From the NCBI GenBank assembly GCA_030390025.1, contig CM059449.1, forward strand, positions 13,454,001-13,518,000: DNA of 64,000 nt, read 5' to 3'. Below, piece after piece: positions 24,043 through 37,808 of the stretch (position 1 is its first letter; every line of letters starts with the position of its first letter). The notes beneath the pieces were generated by a model. It was given only the letters and a program-made list of their open reading frames with translations. It searched no databases and was not told the DNA's origin. Both the position numbers and the translations under genes were made by a program. The stretch comes from Squalus acanthias. Taxonomy: Eukaryota.

Positions 24043-24799
24043 TTTGACGCTTTCTGTGCAGGAGACGACCAGCTCACGTCTGACCTGCAGGCACGCAAAG
24101 TGCTGCTGTAAGCAGTCAGTAATCATCCCACCGCAGACACTGACGTGTATGGGAAGAAAAACTGTGGGGGTTTCATAACCCTCCCCAAAAAAATCACGAA
24201 TTACGATTATTAATTTTCCAATTGTGGCGGGAAGCAATATTTTAAGAATAATTAGGCAAGAACGCTACTTTAATGTTACACAAGCATCACCCAATACAAT
24301 TGAGGCAGAAGATTAACGGGTTAGAGTTCACTTTAACCCTTCAACGCTGTGTACGCACCGGGAGGCGGAAATTCATCCGAAGTTTCATTCAGATAACAGT
24401 GTGCACGGGGACAGCGCTCAAGTGTCGAGGCCAGTCTGAAATGTGAAATTCCCATGGGTGGAACTGTGCAGCCATAGCCTCCGTGGCCGGGTTACCCCCC
24501 TGCCAGCTCGCATTTGATAAATGGATGCCTCCGGTTAGATAGCCCACCGGTCCCGTCCTGTCTTTTTGGCGTCAGGGTGGCCCTCTCGCTTCAGAAGAAA
24601 AAAACGATTAAAAAAAAAACCCGTAAAACTATTAGGGCAGAATTGTAAAAGTGTACGGTTATCGGATTCACAAAGTAGGTTTGAACTTCATGACACATTC
24701 ATATAAATATACACAAAATTTGCAAAGATTAAAATATATATATCTATTCAGCAACCTATGCAAAGGACGTCGGTCCACAGCAGAAGATTTGAAATATCA

Positions 24800-25720
24800 G
24801 AAAGACTTGCATTTCTATAGCGCCTTTCACGACCACCGGACGTCTCAAAGCGCTTTACAGACAATGAAGTACTTTTGAAGTGTAGTCACTGTTGTAATGT
24901 GGGAAACGTGGCAGCCAATTAGTGAGAAGTCGCACAACACCAGGTTATAGTCCAACAGTTTTATTTGAAATCACAAGCTTTCGGAGCTGCTGCTCCTTCG
25001 TCAGGTGAAGTAAAGGAATACAAATCGACAAAGCATATATAGAGAGAGAACAATGCCTGTGAAGCGTACAATGTCAGACGACTACATTTAATCCTCCTGA
25101 CTGCCTTTTGTCACACCTCGGCAGATAAACAATCAGGTCAGCCAGGAAGGCACCACAGCAAAGACATAGCAAGATGCAACTGAGACAATGAGGTGGGGTT
25201 ACAGGGGGTCTAATGTGTCAAAAGCTGCAGTCTGTATGGAAAACGATAAACTTTAACATTTTTACTTTTTTTTTACTGGAAATCACATCTGTGAACAAGC
25301 CAACGACGACTTGAGTCTGGATGACTCTACGTCATGTATCGTGACATGAACCCAAGATCCTGGTTGAGGCCGTCATCATGAGTGCGGCAACTTGGCTATC
25401 AGTTTCTGCTCGATGATTTTGCGTTGTCGTGTGTCTCTAAGGCCACCAATTAGCACACAGCAAGCTCCCACAAACAACAATGTGATAATGATCAGATAAT
25501 CCTGTTTTTGTTATGTTGATTGAGGGATAAATATTGGCCAGGACTCGGGGATAACTCCCCTGCTCTTCTTCGAAATAGTGCCATGGGATCTTTTACATCC
25601 ACCTGAGAGAGCAGACGGGGCATCGGTTTAATGTCTCAGCTGAAAGACGGCACCTCCGACAGTGCAGCATTCCCTCAGCACTGCACTGGGAGTGTCAGCC
25701 TAGCTTTATGTGCTCAAGAC
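24800..25720 (-). mobile_element. SacSINE1-like SINE interrupted by a Penelope 3' fragment (about 24923-25445)
   Basis: SINE halves separated by a pLTR and the reverse complement of the GIY-YIG C-terminus seen at 13960-14060; TSD ccaattag. Confidence 0.78.
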
Positions 25721-26372
25721 CTGAAAGTAAGGTAAGTTTAGCGATTTGGAGATGCTAATTTATAAGAACATAAGAAATAGGAGCAGGAGTAGACGAATCG
25801 GCCCCTCGAGCCTGCTCCACCATTCAATGAGATCATGGCTGATCTGATCCAACCTCAACTCTAAAGAACACAAGAAGCAGGAGCAGGACCAGGCCACTCG
25901 GCTCCGCCACCCACAGGGCCTTGACCGATCCGAACTCAAACTCATGTCCAATTTCCAGCCCGCTCCCCGTAACCCCTGATTCCCTTTACTTCTAGGAAAT
26001 GGTCTATTTCTGTTTTAAATTTATTTAATGAAGTAGCTTCCACAGCTTCCTGGGGTAGCAAATTCCACAGACCCACTACCCTCTGAGTGAAAAAGTTTCT
26101 CCTCATCTCAGTTTTGAAAGAGGAGCCCCTTATTCTAAGATTATGCCCCCTAGTTCTAGTTTCACCCATCATTGGGAACATCCTCACCGCGTCCACCCGA
26201 TCAAGCCCCTTCACAATCTTATATGTTTCAATAAGATCGCCTCTCATTCTTCTGAACTCCAATGAGTAGAAACATAGAAACATAGAAACATAGAAAATAG
26301 GTACAGGAGTAGACCATTCGGTCCTTCGAGCCTGCACCGCCATTCAATGCGTTCATGGCTGAACATGCTACC

Positions 26373-29307
26373 TCAGTACCCCATTCCTGCTTTCTCGCCA
26401 TACCCCTTGATCCCCCTAGTTGTGAGTGTTATATCTAACTCCCTTTTGAATATATTTAGCGAACTGGCCTCAACAACCTTCTGTGGAAGAGAATTCCATA
26501 GATTCACCACTCTCTGGGTGAAGAAGTTCCTCCTCAGCTCAGTCTTAAATGGCTTCCCCTTAATCCTTAGACTGTGACCCCTGGTTCTAGTTTTCCCTAA
26601 CATTGGGAACATTCTGCCCACATCTAATTTGTCTAAACCAGTCAGGATTTTAAATGTCTCTATAAGATCCCCCCTCATTCTTCTGAACTCCAGAGGATAC
26701 AAGTTCAGTTGACCCAATCTTTCTTGATATGTCAGTCCGGCCATCCCAGGAATCAATCTAGTGAACCTTCGCTGCACTCCCTCAATAGCAAGAATGTCCT
26801 TCCTTAAGTTAGGAGACCAAAACTGTGCACAATACTCCAGGTGTGGCCTCACCAAGGCCCTGTACAACTGCAGCATCACCTCCCTACTCCTGTACTCAAA
26901 TCCCCTTACTATGAAGGCCATCATTCCGTTTGCTTTCTTGACTGCCTGCTGCACTTGCATTCCCACCTTCAGTGACTGATGTACCATGACACCCAGGTCT
27001 CGTTGCACCTCCCCTTTCCCTAATCTGCCACCATTCAGGTAATAGTCCACCTCTCTATTTTTACCACCAAAGTGGATAACCTCACATTTATCCACATTGT
27101 ACTTCATCTGCCATACATTTGTCCATTCACCCAACCTGTCCAAGTCACTCTGTAGCCTCCTAGCATCCTCCTCATTGTTCACACTGCCTCCCAATTTAGT
27201 GTCATCCGCAAATTTGGAGATATTACATTTAATCCCTTCGTCCAAATCATTAATATATAATGTAAACAGCTGGGGTCCCAGCACCGAACCCTGCGGTACC
27301 CCGCTGGTCACTGCCTGCCATTCTGAAAAGTACCCATTTACTCCTACTCTTTGTTTCCTGTGTGCCAACCAGTTCTCAATCCACGTCAACACATTACCCC
27401 CAATCCCATGTGCTTTAACTTTGCTCACCAATCTCTTGTGTGGGACCTTGTCGAAGGCCTTCTGAAAGTCCAAATACACCACATCTACTGGTTCCCCCCT
27501 GTCCACCCTATTGGAAACATCCTCAAAAAATTCCAGAAGATTTGTCAAGCATGATTTCCCTTTCACAAATCCATGCTGACTTGGACCTATCATGTCGCCA
27601 CTTTCCAAATGGTCTGTTATGACATCTTTAATAATTGCTTCCATCATTTTACCCACGACCGATGTCAGGCTGACCGGTCTATAATTCCCTGCTTTCTCCC
27701 TCCTTCCTTTTTTAAAAAGAGGGGTTACATTGGCCACCCTCCACTCCATCGGAACTGATCCAGAGTCTAAGGAATGTTGGAAAATGATCGTCAATGCATC
27801 CACTATTTCCAAGGCCACCTCCTTAAGTACTCTGGGATGCAGACCATCAGGCCCCGGGGATTTTTCAGCCTTCAGTCCCATCAATTTCCCCAATACCTTT
27901 TCCCGACTAATAAGGATTTCCCTCAGCTCCTCCCTCTTACCAGATCCTCTGACCCCTTTTATTTCCGGCAGGTTGTGTGTGTCCTCCACAGTAAACACCG
28001 AACCAAAGTACTTGTTCAATTGATCTGCCATTTCCTTGTTCCCCATTATGACTTCCCCTGTTTCCGACTGCAGGGGACCTACATTTGTTTTTACTAACCT
28101 CTTTCTTTTTATATATTTATAGAAGCTTTTGCAGTCCATTTTAATGTTCTCTGCAAGCTTCCTTTCATATTTTATTTTCCCTGCCCTAATCAAACCCTTC
28201 GTCCTCCTCTGCTGAGTTTTGAAGTTCTCCCAGTCCCCGGGTTGCTGCTACTTCTGGCCAATTTGTATGCAACTTCCTTGGTTTTAATACTATCCCTGAT
28301 TTCCCTTGTTAGCCATGGTTGAGCCACCTTCCCTTTTTTATTTTTACGCCAGACCGGGATGTACAATTGTTGTAGTTCATCCATGCGATCTCTAAATGTC
28401 TGCCATTGCCCTTCCACTGATAGCCCCTTAAATATCGCTTGCCAATTTAACCTCGCCAATTCACGCCTCATACCCTCAAAGTTGCCCTTATTTAAGTTCT
28501 GGACCATGGTCTCTGACTTAACTGTTTCCTTCTCCATCCTAATGTAGAACTCCACCATACTATGGTCACTCTTCCCCAGGGGGCCTTGTACCACAAGATT
28601 GCTGATTAGTCCTTCCTCATTACACAACACCCAGTCCAGGATGGCCTCCCCTCGAGTTGGTTCCTCAACATATTGGTTTAGGAAACCGTCCCTTAAACAC
28701 TCCAGGAAATCCTCCTCCACCGTATTGCTTCCAGTTTGAGTAGCCCAATCTATATGCATATTAAAGTCACCCATGATAACTGCCGTGCCTTTTTTGCACG
28801 CATCTCTGATTTCCTGTTTCATACCCTCCCCCACCTCACTACTGATGTTTGGAGGTCTGTACACAACTCCCACTAACGTTTTCTGCCCTTTGGTGTTCTG
28901 CAGCTCAACCCATATTGATTCCACATCCTCCAAGCTGATGTCCTTCCTAGCTGTTGCATTAATCTCCTCTTTAACCAGCAATGCTACCCCACCCCTTTTC
29001 CTTTTATTCTATCCTTTCTGAATGTTGAATACCCCTGGATGTTCAGTTCCCAGCCTTGATTGTTCTGGAGCCACGTCTCTGTAATCCCAATCACATCGTA
29101 TCCATTAACATCTATTTGCACAGTCAATTCATCCACCTTATTACGGATACTCCTTGCATTAAGACACAGAGCCTTTAGGCTTGTTTTATTAACATCCTTT
29201 GTCCTTTTAGACTTATGATTTAGTATGGCCCTTTGTGTTTCTTGCCTGTGTTTACTCGGCCTTCCCCTATTGTTTCTCACCCTTCTAACATTTGTTTCTG
29301 ACTGCAT
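26373..29307 (-). pseudogene. CR1 ORF2 (APE endonuclease plus reverse transcriptase), broken by two frameshifts
   Basis: Pieces 28984-29307, 28190-28981, 26373-28193; ITETWL, GDFN, SDH, YRPVSL, GVPQGSVLGP, FADD. Confidence 0.9.
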
Positions 29308-29354
29308 ATTACTTCCCCCTGTTTCGCTACATAGGTTCCCATTCCCCTGTCATA

Positions 29355-30299
29355 TTAGTTTAAATCCTCCCGAACTGCTTTAGCAAATATTACCCTGAGG
29401 ACATCGGTTCCAGTCCTGCCCAAGTGCAGACCGTCCCTTTTGTACAGGTCCCACTTCCCCCAGAACTGGTTCCAATGCCTCAGGAATTTGAATCCCTCCC
29501 TCCTGCACCACTGCTCAAGCCACGTATTCAATCTCACTATCCTGTTCTCTCTATTCTGATTAGCACGTGGCCCTGGTAGCAATCCAGAGATTACTACCTT
29601 AGAGGTCCTACTTTTTAATTTAGCTCCTAGCTCCCTAAATTCTGCTTGTAGGACCTCTTCCCGCTTTTTACCTATATCGTTGGTACCTACATGCACCACG
29701 ACAGCTGGCTGTTCACCCTCCCTCTTCAGAATGTTCTGCAGCCGCTCCGAGACATCCTTGACCCTTGCACCAGGGAGGCAACATACCATCCTGGAATCTC
29801 GGTTGCGGCCACAGAAACTCCTGTCTATTCCCCTTACAATTGAGTCCCCTATCACTATAGCCCTACCACTCTTTTTCCCGCCCTGCTGTGCAGCAGAGCC
29901 AGCCATGGTGCCATGAACCTGGCTGCTGGTGCCTTCCCCTGGTAGGCCATCTCCCCCAACAGTATCCAAAGCGGCATACCTGTTTTGGAGGGAGATGACC
30001 ACAGGGGATTCCTGCACTACCTTCCTGATATTGCCCTGCTTCTTGGTCACCCATTCACTGTCTGTCCTAGCCTTTACCTGCGGTGTGGACAACTCACTAA
30101 ATGAGCGATTCACCGAGTTCTCGGCATCGTGCATGCTCCAGAGTGAGTCCACCCGCAGCTCCAGCACCGCCATGTGGGCTGTCAGGAGCTGCGGCTGGAC
30201 ACACTTCCCGCACACGTAGTTGTCAGGGACACTGGAAGTGTCCCTGGTTTCCCACATGGCACAGGAGGAGCATGAAACGGGTCCGAGACTTCCTGTCAT
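29355..30299 (-). CDS. CR1 ORF1p (Zn-finger, leucine zipper, SGNH esterase-like domain)
   Basis: CSSCAMW..CGKC, LELRVDSL, VIGDSIVRG, CLPGARV, VHVGTND, DGLHL; intact 314 aa. Confidence 0.88.
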   Translation of the reverse strand: MTGSLGPVSCSSCAMWETRDTSSVPDNYVCGKCVQPQLLTAHMAVLELRVDSLWSMHDAENSVNRSFSELSTPQVKARTDSEWVTKKQGNIRKVVQESPVVISLQNRYAALDTVGGDGLPGEGTSSQVHGTMAGSAAQQGGKKSGRAIVIGDSIVRGIDRSFCGRNRDSRMVCCLPGARVKDVSERLQNILKREGEQPAVVVHVGTNDIGKKREEVLQAEFRELGAKLKSRTSKVVISGLLPGPRANQNRENRIVRLNTWLEQWCRREGFKFLRHWNQFWGKWDLYKRDGLHLGRTGTDVLRVIFAKAVREDLN

Positions 30300-33200
30300 G
30301 ACTTAACCCTTATGTTACTTTATTACTAAAATTTAAACTTATTTATCTTAGGTCCAGGAGTTAAGTCCCTGAAAACAAAATATAAAATCGAACCTACCTT
30401 TTAAATTCCCTCTACCCCTAAAGGTTAGAGGAGGTGGGAGGGTGGGAGTCACTACTAGTGTAGTGTCTCGGGTTTAGCAACCGCTTCACCTATATACAGG
30501 TACCAATGAATTGGCCCCGCCCCCTGCCTTTGAAAAAGCCCGCGAAGCTCTTTCCCCGCTAGGGAAAAAGGCCACGTAGGTGAGTTTAATGACTCACCTC
30601 AGGCCTCCGCCGCTCCAACCAGGTCCGCTCCTCCTTCCCCGCTGCCGACCGCTCTGTGGGAGAGAGAAAGAAAGGCTCCTCCTCCCCCGCTGTCGACGCT
30701 GGTCTGAGTCCCAATCTACTCAACCTCTCCTCATATGTCCACCCCCTCATCCCCGGAATTAACCGAGTGAACCTTCTTTGTACTGCCTCGAGAGCAAGTA
30801 TGTCTTTTCTTAAGTATGGACACCAAAACTGTATGCAGTACTCCAGGTGCGGTCTCACCAATACCCTATACAACTGCAGCAATACCTCCCTGTTTTTATA
30901 TTCTATCCCCCTAGCAATAAAAGCCAACATTCCATTGGCTTTCTTGATCACCTGCTGCACCTGCATACTAACTTTTTGATTTTCTTGCACCAAGACCCCC
31001 AGATCCCTTTGTACTGCAGTACTTTCCAGTTTCTCGCCATTAAGATAATAACTTGCTCTCTGATTTTTCCTGCCAAAGTGCATAACCTCACATTTTCCAA
31101 TATTGTATTGCATCTGCCAAATCTCTGCCCACTCTCCCAGCCTGTCTATATCCCCTTGTAGGTTTTTTATGTCCTCCTCACTCTCTACTTTCCCTCCCAT
31201 CTTTGTATCATCTGCAAACTTTGATATGTTACACTCGGTCCCCTCCTCCAAATCGTTAATATAGATTGTAAAGAGTTGGGGACCCAGCACCGACCCCTGC
31301 GGAACACCACTGGCTACTGGTTGCCAGTCCGAGAATGAACCATTTATCCCAACTCTCTGCTTCCTGTTAGATAACCAATCCTCCACCCATGCCAGAATAT
31401 TACCCCCAATCCAGTGATTTTTTATCTTGAGTAATAATCTTTTATGTGGCACCTTGTCGAATGCCTTCTGGAAGTCTAAATACACTACATCCACTGGTTC
31501 CCCTTTATCCACCCTGTACGTTATGTCCTCAAAGAACTCGAGCAAATTTGTCAGACATGACTTCCCCTTCATAAAGCCATTCTGACTTTGTCCTATTAAA
31601 TTATGTTTATCTAAATGTTCCGTTACTGTCTCCTTAATAATAGACTCCAAAATTTTACCCACCACAGATGTTAGGCTAACTGGTCTATAATTTCCAGCCT
31701 TCTGCCTACAACCCTTTTCAAATAAGGGTGTTACATTAGCAGTTTTCCAATCTGCCGGGACCTTTGCTGAGTTCAGGGAGTTTTGGAAAATTATTACCAA
31801 AGCATCCACAATCCCTACTGCCACTTCCCTCAAGACCCTAGGATGTAAGCCATCAGATGCAGGGGATTTATCCGTCTTGAGTCCCATTATTTTACTGAGT
31901 ACCAATTGCTTAATAATTTTAATCGTATTTAGCTCCTCCCCCACTAGAGCCCCCTGTTTGTCCAGTGTTGGGATATTCTTAGTGTCCTCTACCGTAAAGA
32001 CTGAAACAAAATATTTGTTCAGCATTTTTGCCATCTCCATGTTTCCCACCATTAATTTCCCGGTCTCATCCTCTAAGGGACCTACGTTTGCCTTAACCAC
32101 CCTTTTTCTTTTTATATAACTATAGAAACTCTTGCTATCTGTTTTTATATTTTTTGCTAATTTATTTTCATAGTCTATTTTCCCTTTCTTAATCAATCCT
32201 TTAGTTACTTTTTGTTGTCTTTTGAAGACTTCCTAATCTTCTATCCTCCCACTAAGTTTGGCTACCTTATATGTCCTTGTTTTTAGTTGGATACTTTCTT
32301 TAATTTCTTTACTTAGCCATGGATGGCTGTCATTTCTTTTACACCCTTTTTTCCTCAGTGGAATATATTTATTTTGAAAGTTGTAAAATAACTCCTTGAA
32401 TGAACACCACTGCTCATGTACCGTCTTACCCTTTAATCTATTTTCCCAGTCCACTTTAATCAATTCTGCTCTCATGCCATCATAGTCTCCTTTATTCAAG
32501 CTCAGTATGCTTGTTTGAGAACCCACCTTCTCACCCTCTAATTGGATATGGAATTCAACCATGTTATGGTCACTCATTCCAAGGGGATCCTTAACTAGGA
32601 CATTATTAATTAATCCAGACTCATTACACAGTACCAGGTCCAAGGTTGCTTGCCTCCTTGTAGGATCAGTTACATACTGCTCAAGAAATCCATCCCTAAG
32701 ACACTCAATAAACTCTTCCTCAAGGCTGCCCTGCCCAATTTGATTTGTCCAGTTAATATGATAGTTAAAATCCCCCATAATTATAGCTGTTCCCTTATTA
32801 CATGCCCCAACAATTTCCTGATTAATACTTCTTCCAACAGAGTTGCAACTATTAGGAGGCCTATATACTACGCCCACCAGTGTTTTTTTCCCCTTATTAT
32901 TCCTAATCTCTACCCAAACTGTTTCATTATCCTGATCTTTTGACCCAATATCATTTCTCTGTATTACAGTGATTCCTTCCTTTATTAACATAGCCACCCC
33001 CCCTCCCCTTCCTTCCTGCCTGTCCTTCCTGATTGTTAAATACCCTGGCATATTTAATTCCCAGACGTTGTCACCCTGCAGCCATGTTTCTGTAATGGCC
33101 ACAAGATCATACCCATACATAGTTATTTGTGCCGTTAACTCATCAATTTTGTTACGAATGCTACGTGCATTCAGATAAAGAACTTTCAAATGTGTTTTGC

Positions 33201-34474
33201 GACACTTACTTGCTGCTTTTTCCTTATTTAACACTTTACCTTTTACTCCATACCTTCTGTCCCTTCCTGACATGCTTTCCTCTGTCTCCCTGCTCAGGTT
33301 CCCAACCCCCTGCCACATTAGTTTAAATCTCCCCAACAGCACTAGCAAACACTCCCCCTAGGACAGCGGTCCCGGCCCTGCCCAGGTGCAGACCGTCCGG
33401 TTTGTACTGGTCCCACCTCCCCGAGAACCGGTTCCAATGTCCCAGGAATTTGAATCCCTCCCCCTTGCACCATTCCTCTAGCCACGTATTCATTTGAAGG
33501 GGGGGATTTAAAGGCTGTAGATTGCGAGATGATGAGAAGGTGGAGGAAGGAGCAGAGTTCCATTGCCGTGAGCTCCTGGGACATTCAAGGCGAGAGAATC
33601 TTGATTTCAATACAGTAACAATTCAGAGAGGAAGGTGATTGAGAAGGATGGCAAATTAGGAGTTCAGGCTGTACAAGAAAGGGAATTTCAGAGGAGTGTC
33701 CGTCATAGTATAGGAATGACCATAAACCACCATGGCAACAGGATTGTGTTTCACAGGGAATTCTTCACAAAGAATATTCATAAAAATGTGTTTTGTAGTG
33801 GCTAAATTTTGACAATAGCTTTGATTGAAGATATATTAATCTCTGACTGTGTCAAATTCAAAGGTTACAGTCAGTTTGATGGCGCAGCCCCCGTTCCTAC
33901 TCTATTGGTGTTTAATAAGATCCTCTTTTGCGTCGGTTATGACAGAGGATCAAAGCAACACTCACAGTGCGCCGCTTAATTCAACGCAGTTCAGCTGCAG
34001 AGAGATATGAAACCTTTGTACTTTTTCGGTATCAGTTGTTCAAATTAGGGAAGCAACGTCTGTAGAAAAGATCAAGTCAAGGAACGAACTTGTATTCTAT
34101 CATTGCTGCATTTACAAATTGCAATTCTCACCTGTTTTATCTCGTCCATCCATCGACACCCGGCTACCGGAACTTCCGTTGCAGATTCATACCAGGGGAA
34201 GGGTTGAGAACATTGCCAGCTCCTCCGTCCACCACAAGATCAAAAACACAACCCAATGATACCCTCAGACAAAGTGGCAAGAAGTCTGTGCCAGCCCCAT
34301 CTGTCCCTCAAATCCATCTTCTCCCTGAAACATTAAGCCAATATGAATCATTATGCCACAATTATGCTGACTGGTTAATTATATGAATGTATGCTCCTGA
34401 AATGCCCTTTAATAGAAAGACTTGCATTGAAATAGCGCCCTTCACAACCTCAGGATGCCCAAGCGAGGGCTGGA

Positions 34475-34965
34475 TGAGTGCAGCTCCAACAACACTCAAG
34501 AAGCTCGACACCATCCAGGACAAAGCAGCCCGCTTGATTGGCACCCCATCCACCACCTTAAACATTCACTCCCTCCACCACCGGCGTACCGTGGTTGCAG
34601 TGTGTACCATCTACAAGATGCAATGCAGCAACTCACCAAGGCTACTTCGGCAGCACCTCCCAAACCCGCGACCTCTTCCACCTAGAAGGACAAGGGCAGC
34701 AGGCGCATGAGAACACCACAACCTCCAAGTTCCCCTCCAAGTCACACACCATCCTGACTTGGAAGTATATCACCGATCCTTCATCGTCGCTGGGTCAAAA
34801 TCCTGGAACTTCCTCCCTGACAGCACTGTGGGAGTACCTTCACCACACGGACTGCAGCAGTTCAAGGAGGTGGCTCACCACCACCTTCTCAAGGGCAATT
34901 AGGGATGGGCAATTAATGCCGGCCTTGCCAGTGATGCCCACATCCCATGAAGGACTGAAAAAAAA
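34475..34965 (+). mobile_element. RTEX-like LINE 3' fragment with poly-A, flanked by an about 180-bp duplication
   Basis: WMSAAPTTLKKLDTIQDKAARLIG..; flanks 34296-34474 and 34966-35149 are similar. Confidence 0.75.
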
Positions 34966-35434
34966 CCCGTCTGTCCCTCAAATCCGCTCTGCATTGACCC
35001 GAAGATTTGAAGCCAATACGAATCATTATGCCACAATTATGCCAACTGATTAATTATATGAATGTATGCTCCTGAAATGCCCTTTAATAGAAAGACGTGC
35101 ATTGAAATAGCGCCCTTCACATCCTCAGGACGCTCAAGCGAGGGCTGGACCTGTTTCTGGCTGAGGAGGAGATCATCTCTTAAAGAAGGTGGGCACTGCA
35201 GGGAATTCAGGGCCAGAGTGATCTCCTGGACTAGTTTCGATCACCTGGATGGGTCGGAGAGGAATTTCCCAGATTTTCTTTTCCCAAATTGCCCTGAGTT
35301 TTTTATCTGTCTTTTGCCTCTCCCAGGAGATCACATGGTTTTGGGTGGGGGTGGAGTGTGTATGTTGTGATATCGCAATTGTGTGGGACAGGCTGGATGG
35401 ACCAGATGGTCTTTTTCTGTCTGCCATTGTTCGT

Positions 35435-36587
35435 AAAAGCACTTTACAGCCAATTAAGTATTTTAAAGTGTAGTAATTGTAATGTAGGAAATGCGGAATC
35501 CAATTCGTGCACAGCAAGCTCCCACAAACAGCAATGTGATAAATGACCAGATAATCTGTTTTACTGATATTGGTTGAAGGATAAAGATGGGCCAGGTCAC
35601 CGGGGAGAACTCCCCTGATCTCCTTCGAAATAATGGCCCAAAAATTCATCCCGGTGCGCGAGAGTACGCACTGCGTACTCTCGCGTATTCTCTCTCCAAT
35701 TGCCGGTTTTCTGCATGCCCTGCGCATGCGCTGAAAACCGGCAATTGCTCTTTTGAAAAGGGGGCGGTTCCTCGGTGCATCGCGTGCGCGCTACAGGCTG
35801 CGCGCACGCTGTGCACTTCATGCTTTGGACGCGCAGGTAAGTACTGAAGATTTTAGAAATGTAAAAAGGAGGAGTAAGACCCACTTTTAACAAGGTAAGT
35901 AGTGAATTAAGTATTTTTTTGAATTTTTTTTTACAGGTATATCTTTTTTAGAGACATTAAAGACAGGTAAGTTTATTTTTATAACTTTTTAAAAGATTTT
36001 AAATTTTTTCAAAAATTTTATTTTTTATTTAAAATGGTTAATTTATTTAACTATACTTATTTTATTAATGTGATGGTTTTTAAAAAAAATTTAATTGAGG
36101 TTTAGCTGTTATTTTGGGGGGGTGTAAGATTCATAGATTTCACAGCCGTGCTGTGAAACTTATGAATGGAAGATGGTGTGCTGCCATTGGCTCTAACTGA
36201 GTCACGTGATCCCACAGCTCGCACGAATTCACTACGCCGGTGGGGGACGCAAGCACTGCCCGGCTGATGTCTAGAACATCAAGTTCGTGCGAGCTGGATC
36301 TGAAAAAGCACAAGCGGAGTGAGAGATCGCGGGGAAGGCTTACCCCCGCGGGAACAGAGCGAGATCAATTTCTGGGCCATTGCCATTGGATCGTTAAAGT
36401 CCACCTGAGAGGGCAGACGGAGCCTCGGTTTAACATCTCATCCCAAAGATGCCCCCCCCCCCCCAATAGTACTGCACTGGAGTGTCAGCCTATATATTAT
36501 TGTGTTCAAGTCTCTGGAGTGGGGCTATGAACCCCACAACCTTCTGACTCCTTGGCGAGAGTGCTACCCACTGAACCACGGCTGAAC
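35435..36587 (-). mobile_element. SacSINE1-like SINE interrupted by a Harbinger-like MITE (about 35634-36378)
   Basis: SINE resumes after TIRs tggcccaaaaatt / aatttctgggcca. Confidence 0.72.
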
Positions 36588-37099
36588 ATCGAAATGTTGA
36601 AAAGCATTAATATGTAAGCTTGTGAATGACTCTTTTTCAGTCCTTAAAAGGTAATCGACTTGAAGGTTAATAAAGATACTCTTGTGGGCTACTTTCCACA
36701 TTCCATGAAAGCGGGAAAGGCCACTTCTGTGCTATGAATTCCGTGCAGCTTAGCACACAGAGAAGTGAAATCTTTCTGGTCATGTTCAAAACTACTAAAA
36801 AGAGAAGCCATGCATAAAGAAACGCCAAGATTAAACTGTGTAGTCACAATGAGACCGACAAACAGCTTTTTCCAAAGTTTGTATCATTCTTTAATCCAAA
36901 CTACCTCTCTGGCACCCATATCTATTCACTAGGGTCCCTTATTCCGCTCGTTGTCCCCTTCACTCACAAAATGCAATCTTGCCCCTGCTTATAGATACCT
37001 AATGGTGCACAATGCTCTATATACCGATATTTTTCTTTTCTCTCTCACATGACAGCTGTCTTTCATTCTGCCAGTGCCATTTAACCTTCATCTAGAGCC

Positions 37100-37395
37100 A
37101 TCTTTTGTTTCTTTACTTGTCCTATTACCATCTCCCTTTGCCTTGCACCATTATCCCTTTTGTCTCTTAATCTCTCCTACCTTCCGTCCTATCACAGACC
37201 TTCCCTCTTTGTTCCTTCCTCCCCTCCCCCTTTTCCCGGCCTCTACACTTGTTTAAAAACCTGTTCCATCTCCAGCTTTTTCCAGTTCTGACGAAGGGTC
37301 ATCGACCTTTCTGTTTCTCTCGCTCCACAGATGCTGCCTGGCCTGCTGAGTATTTTCTGTTTTTATTTCAGATTTCCAGCATCCGCAGTATTTTG
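37100..37395 (+). mobile_element. Penelope-type pseudo-LTR fragment (hammerhead partly deleted)
   Basis: ttctgacgaagggtcatcgacc..cacagatgctgcctggcctgctgagtatttt; same family as 3490 and 21797-21925. Confidence 0.62.
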
Positions 37396-37808
37396 CTGCT
37401 GCTCCATATACCTGTTGCCATGTGAACTTGAGAATAAAAGAGGTGTTCCAAATGATGAGGGTTTTTGACAGAGTGGACAGGGAGGAGGGTCGGTAACCAG
37501 AGGACACAGATTTAAAATAATTGGCAAAAAAAGTCAGGAGGTGGGGGGGAGGAGGCGGGGCGGGGGGGAGGTGAGATGAGGAAAATTTGTTTCACTCAGG
37601 GGGTTGCTATGATCTGGAATGTGCTGCCTGAAAGGGTGTTGGAAGCAGATTCAATAATAACTTTCAAAAGCACTCTTCTACCACTGAAAACAGCTTCTCC
37701 TTATTTTCTCTGTCAAAACCCTTCATGATCTTGAACACCTCTACCAAATCACTGTTTAACCTTCTCTGCTCTAAGGAGAACAACTGCAGCTTCTTCGGTA
37801 TCTCCACA

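Larger units (their letters stand above)
26269..30705 (-). mobile_element. Near full-length nested CR1 LINE (about 4.4 kb)
   Basis: GC-rich 5' UTR, ORF1, ORF2 and (tttctatg)n 3' tail. Confidence 0.92.
25762..33495 (-). mobile_element. Host CR1 LINE (ORF1 end plus ORF2), split by a nested CR1
   Basis: ORFs 32233-33348 (APE) and 30586-32196 (RT); resumes at 26268 exactly as in the uninterrupted sister copy (caatgagta|gagtcccaatc at 38321). Confidence 0.9.
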
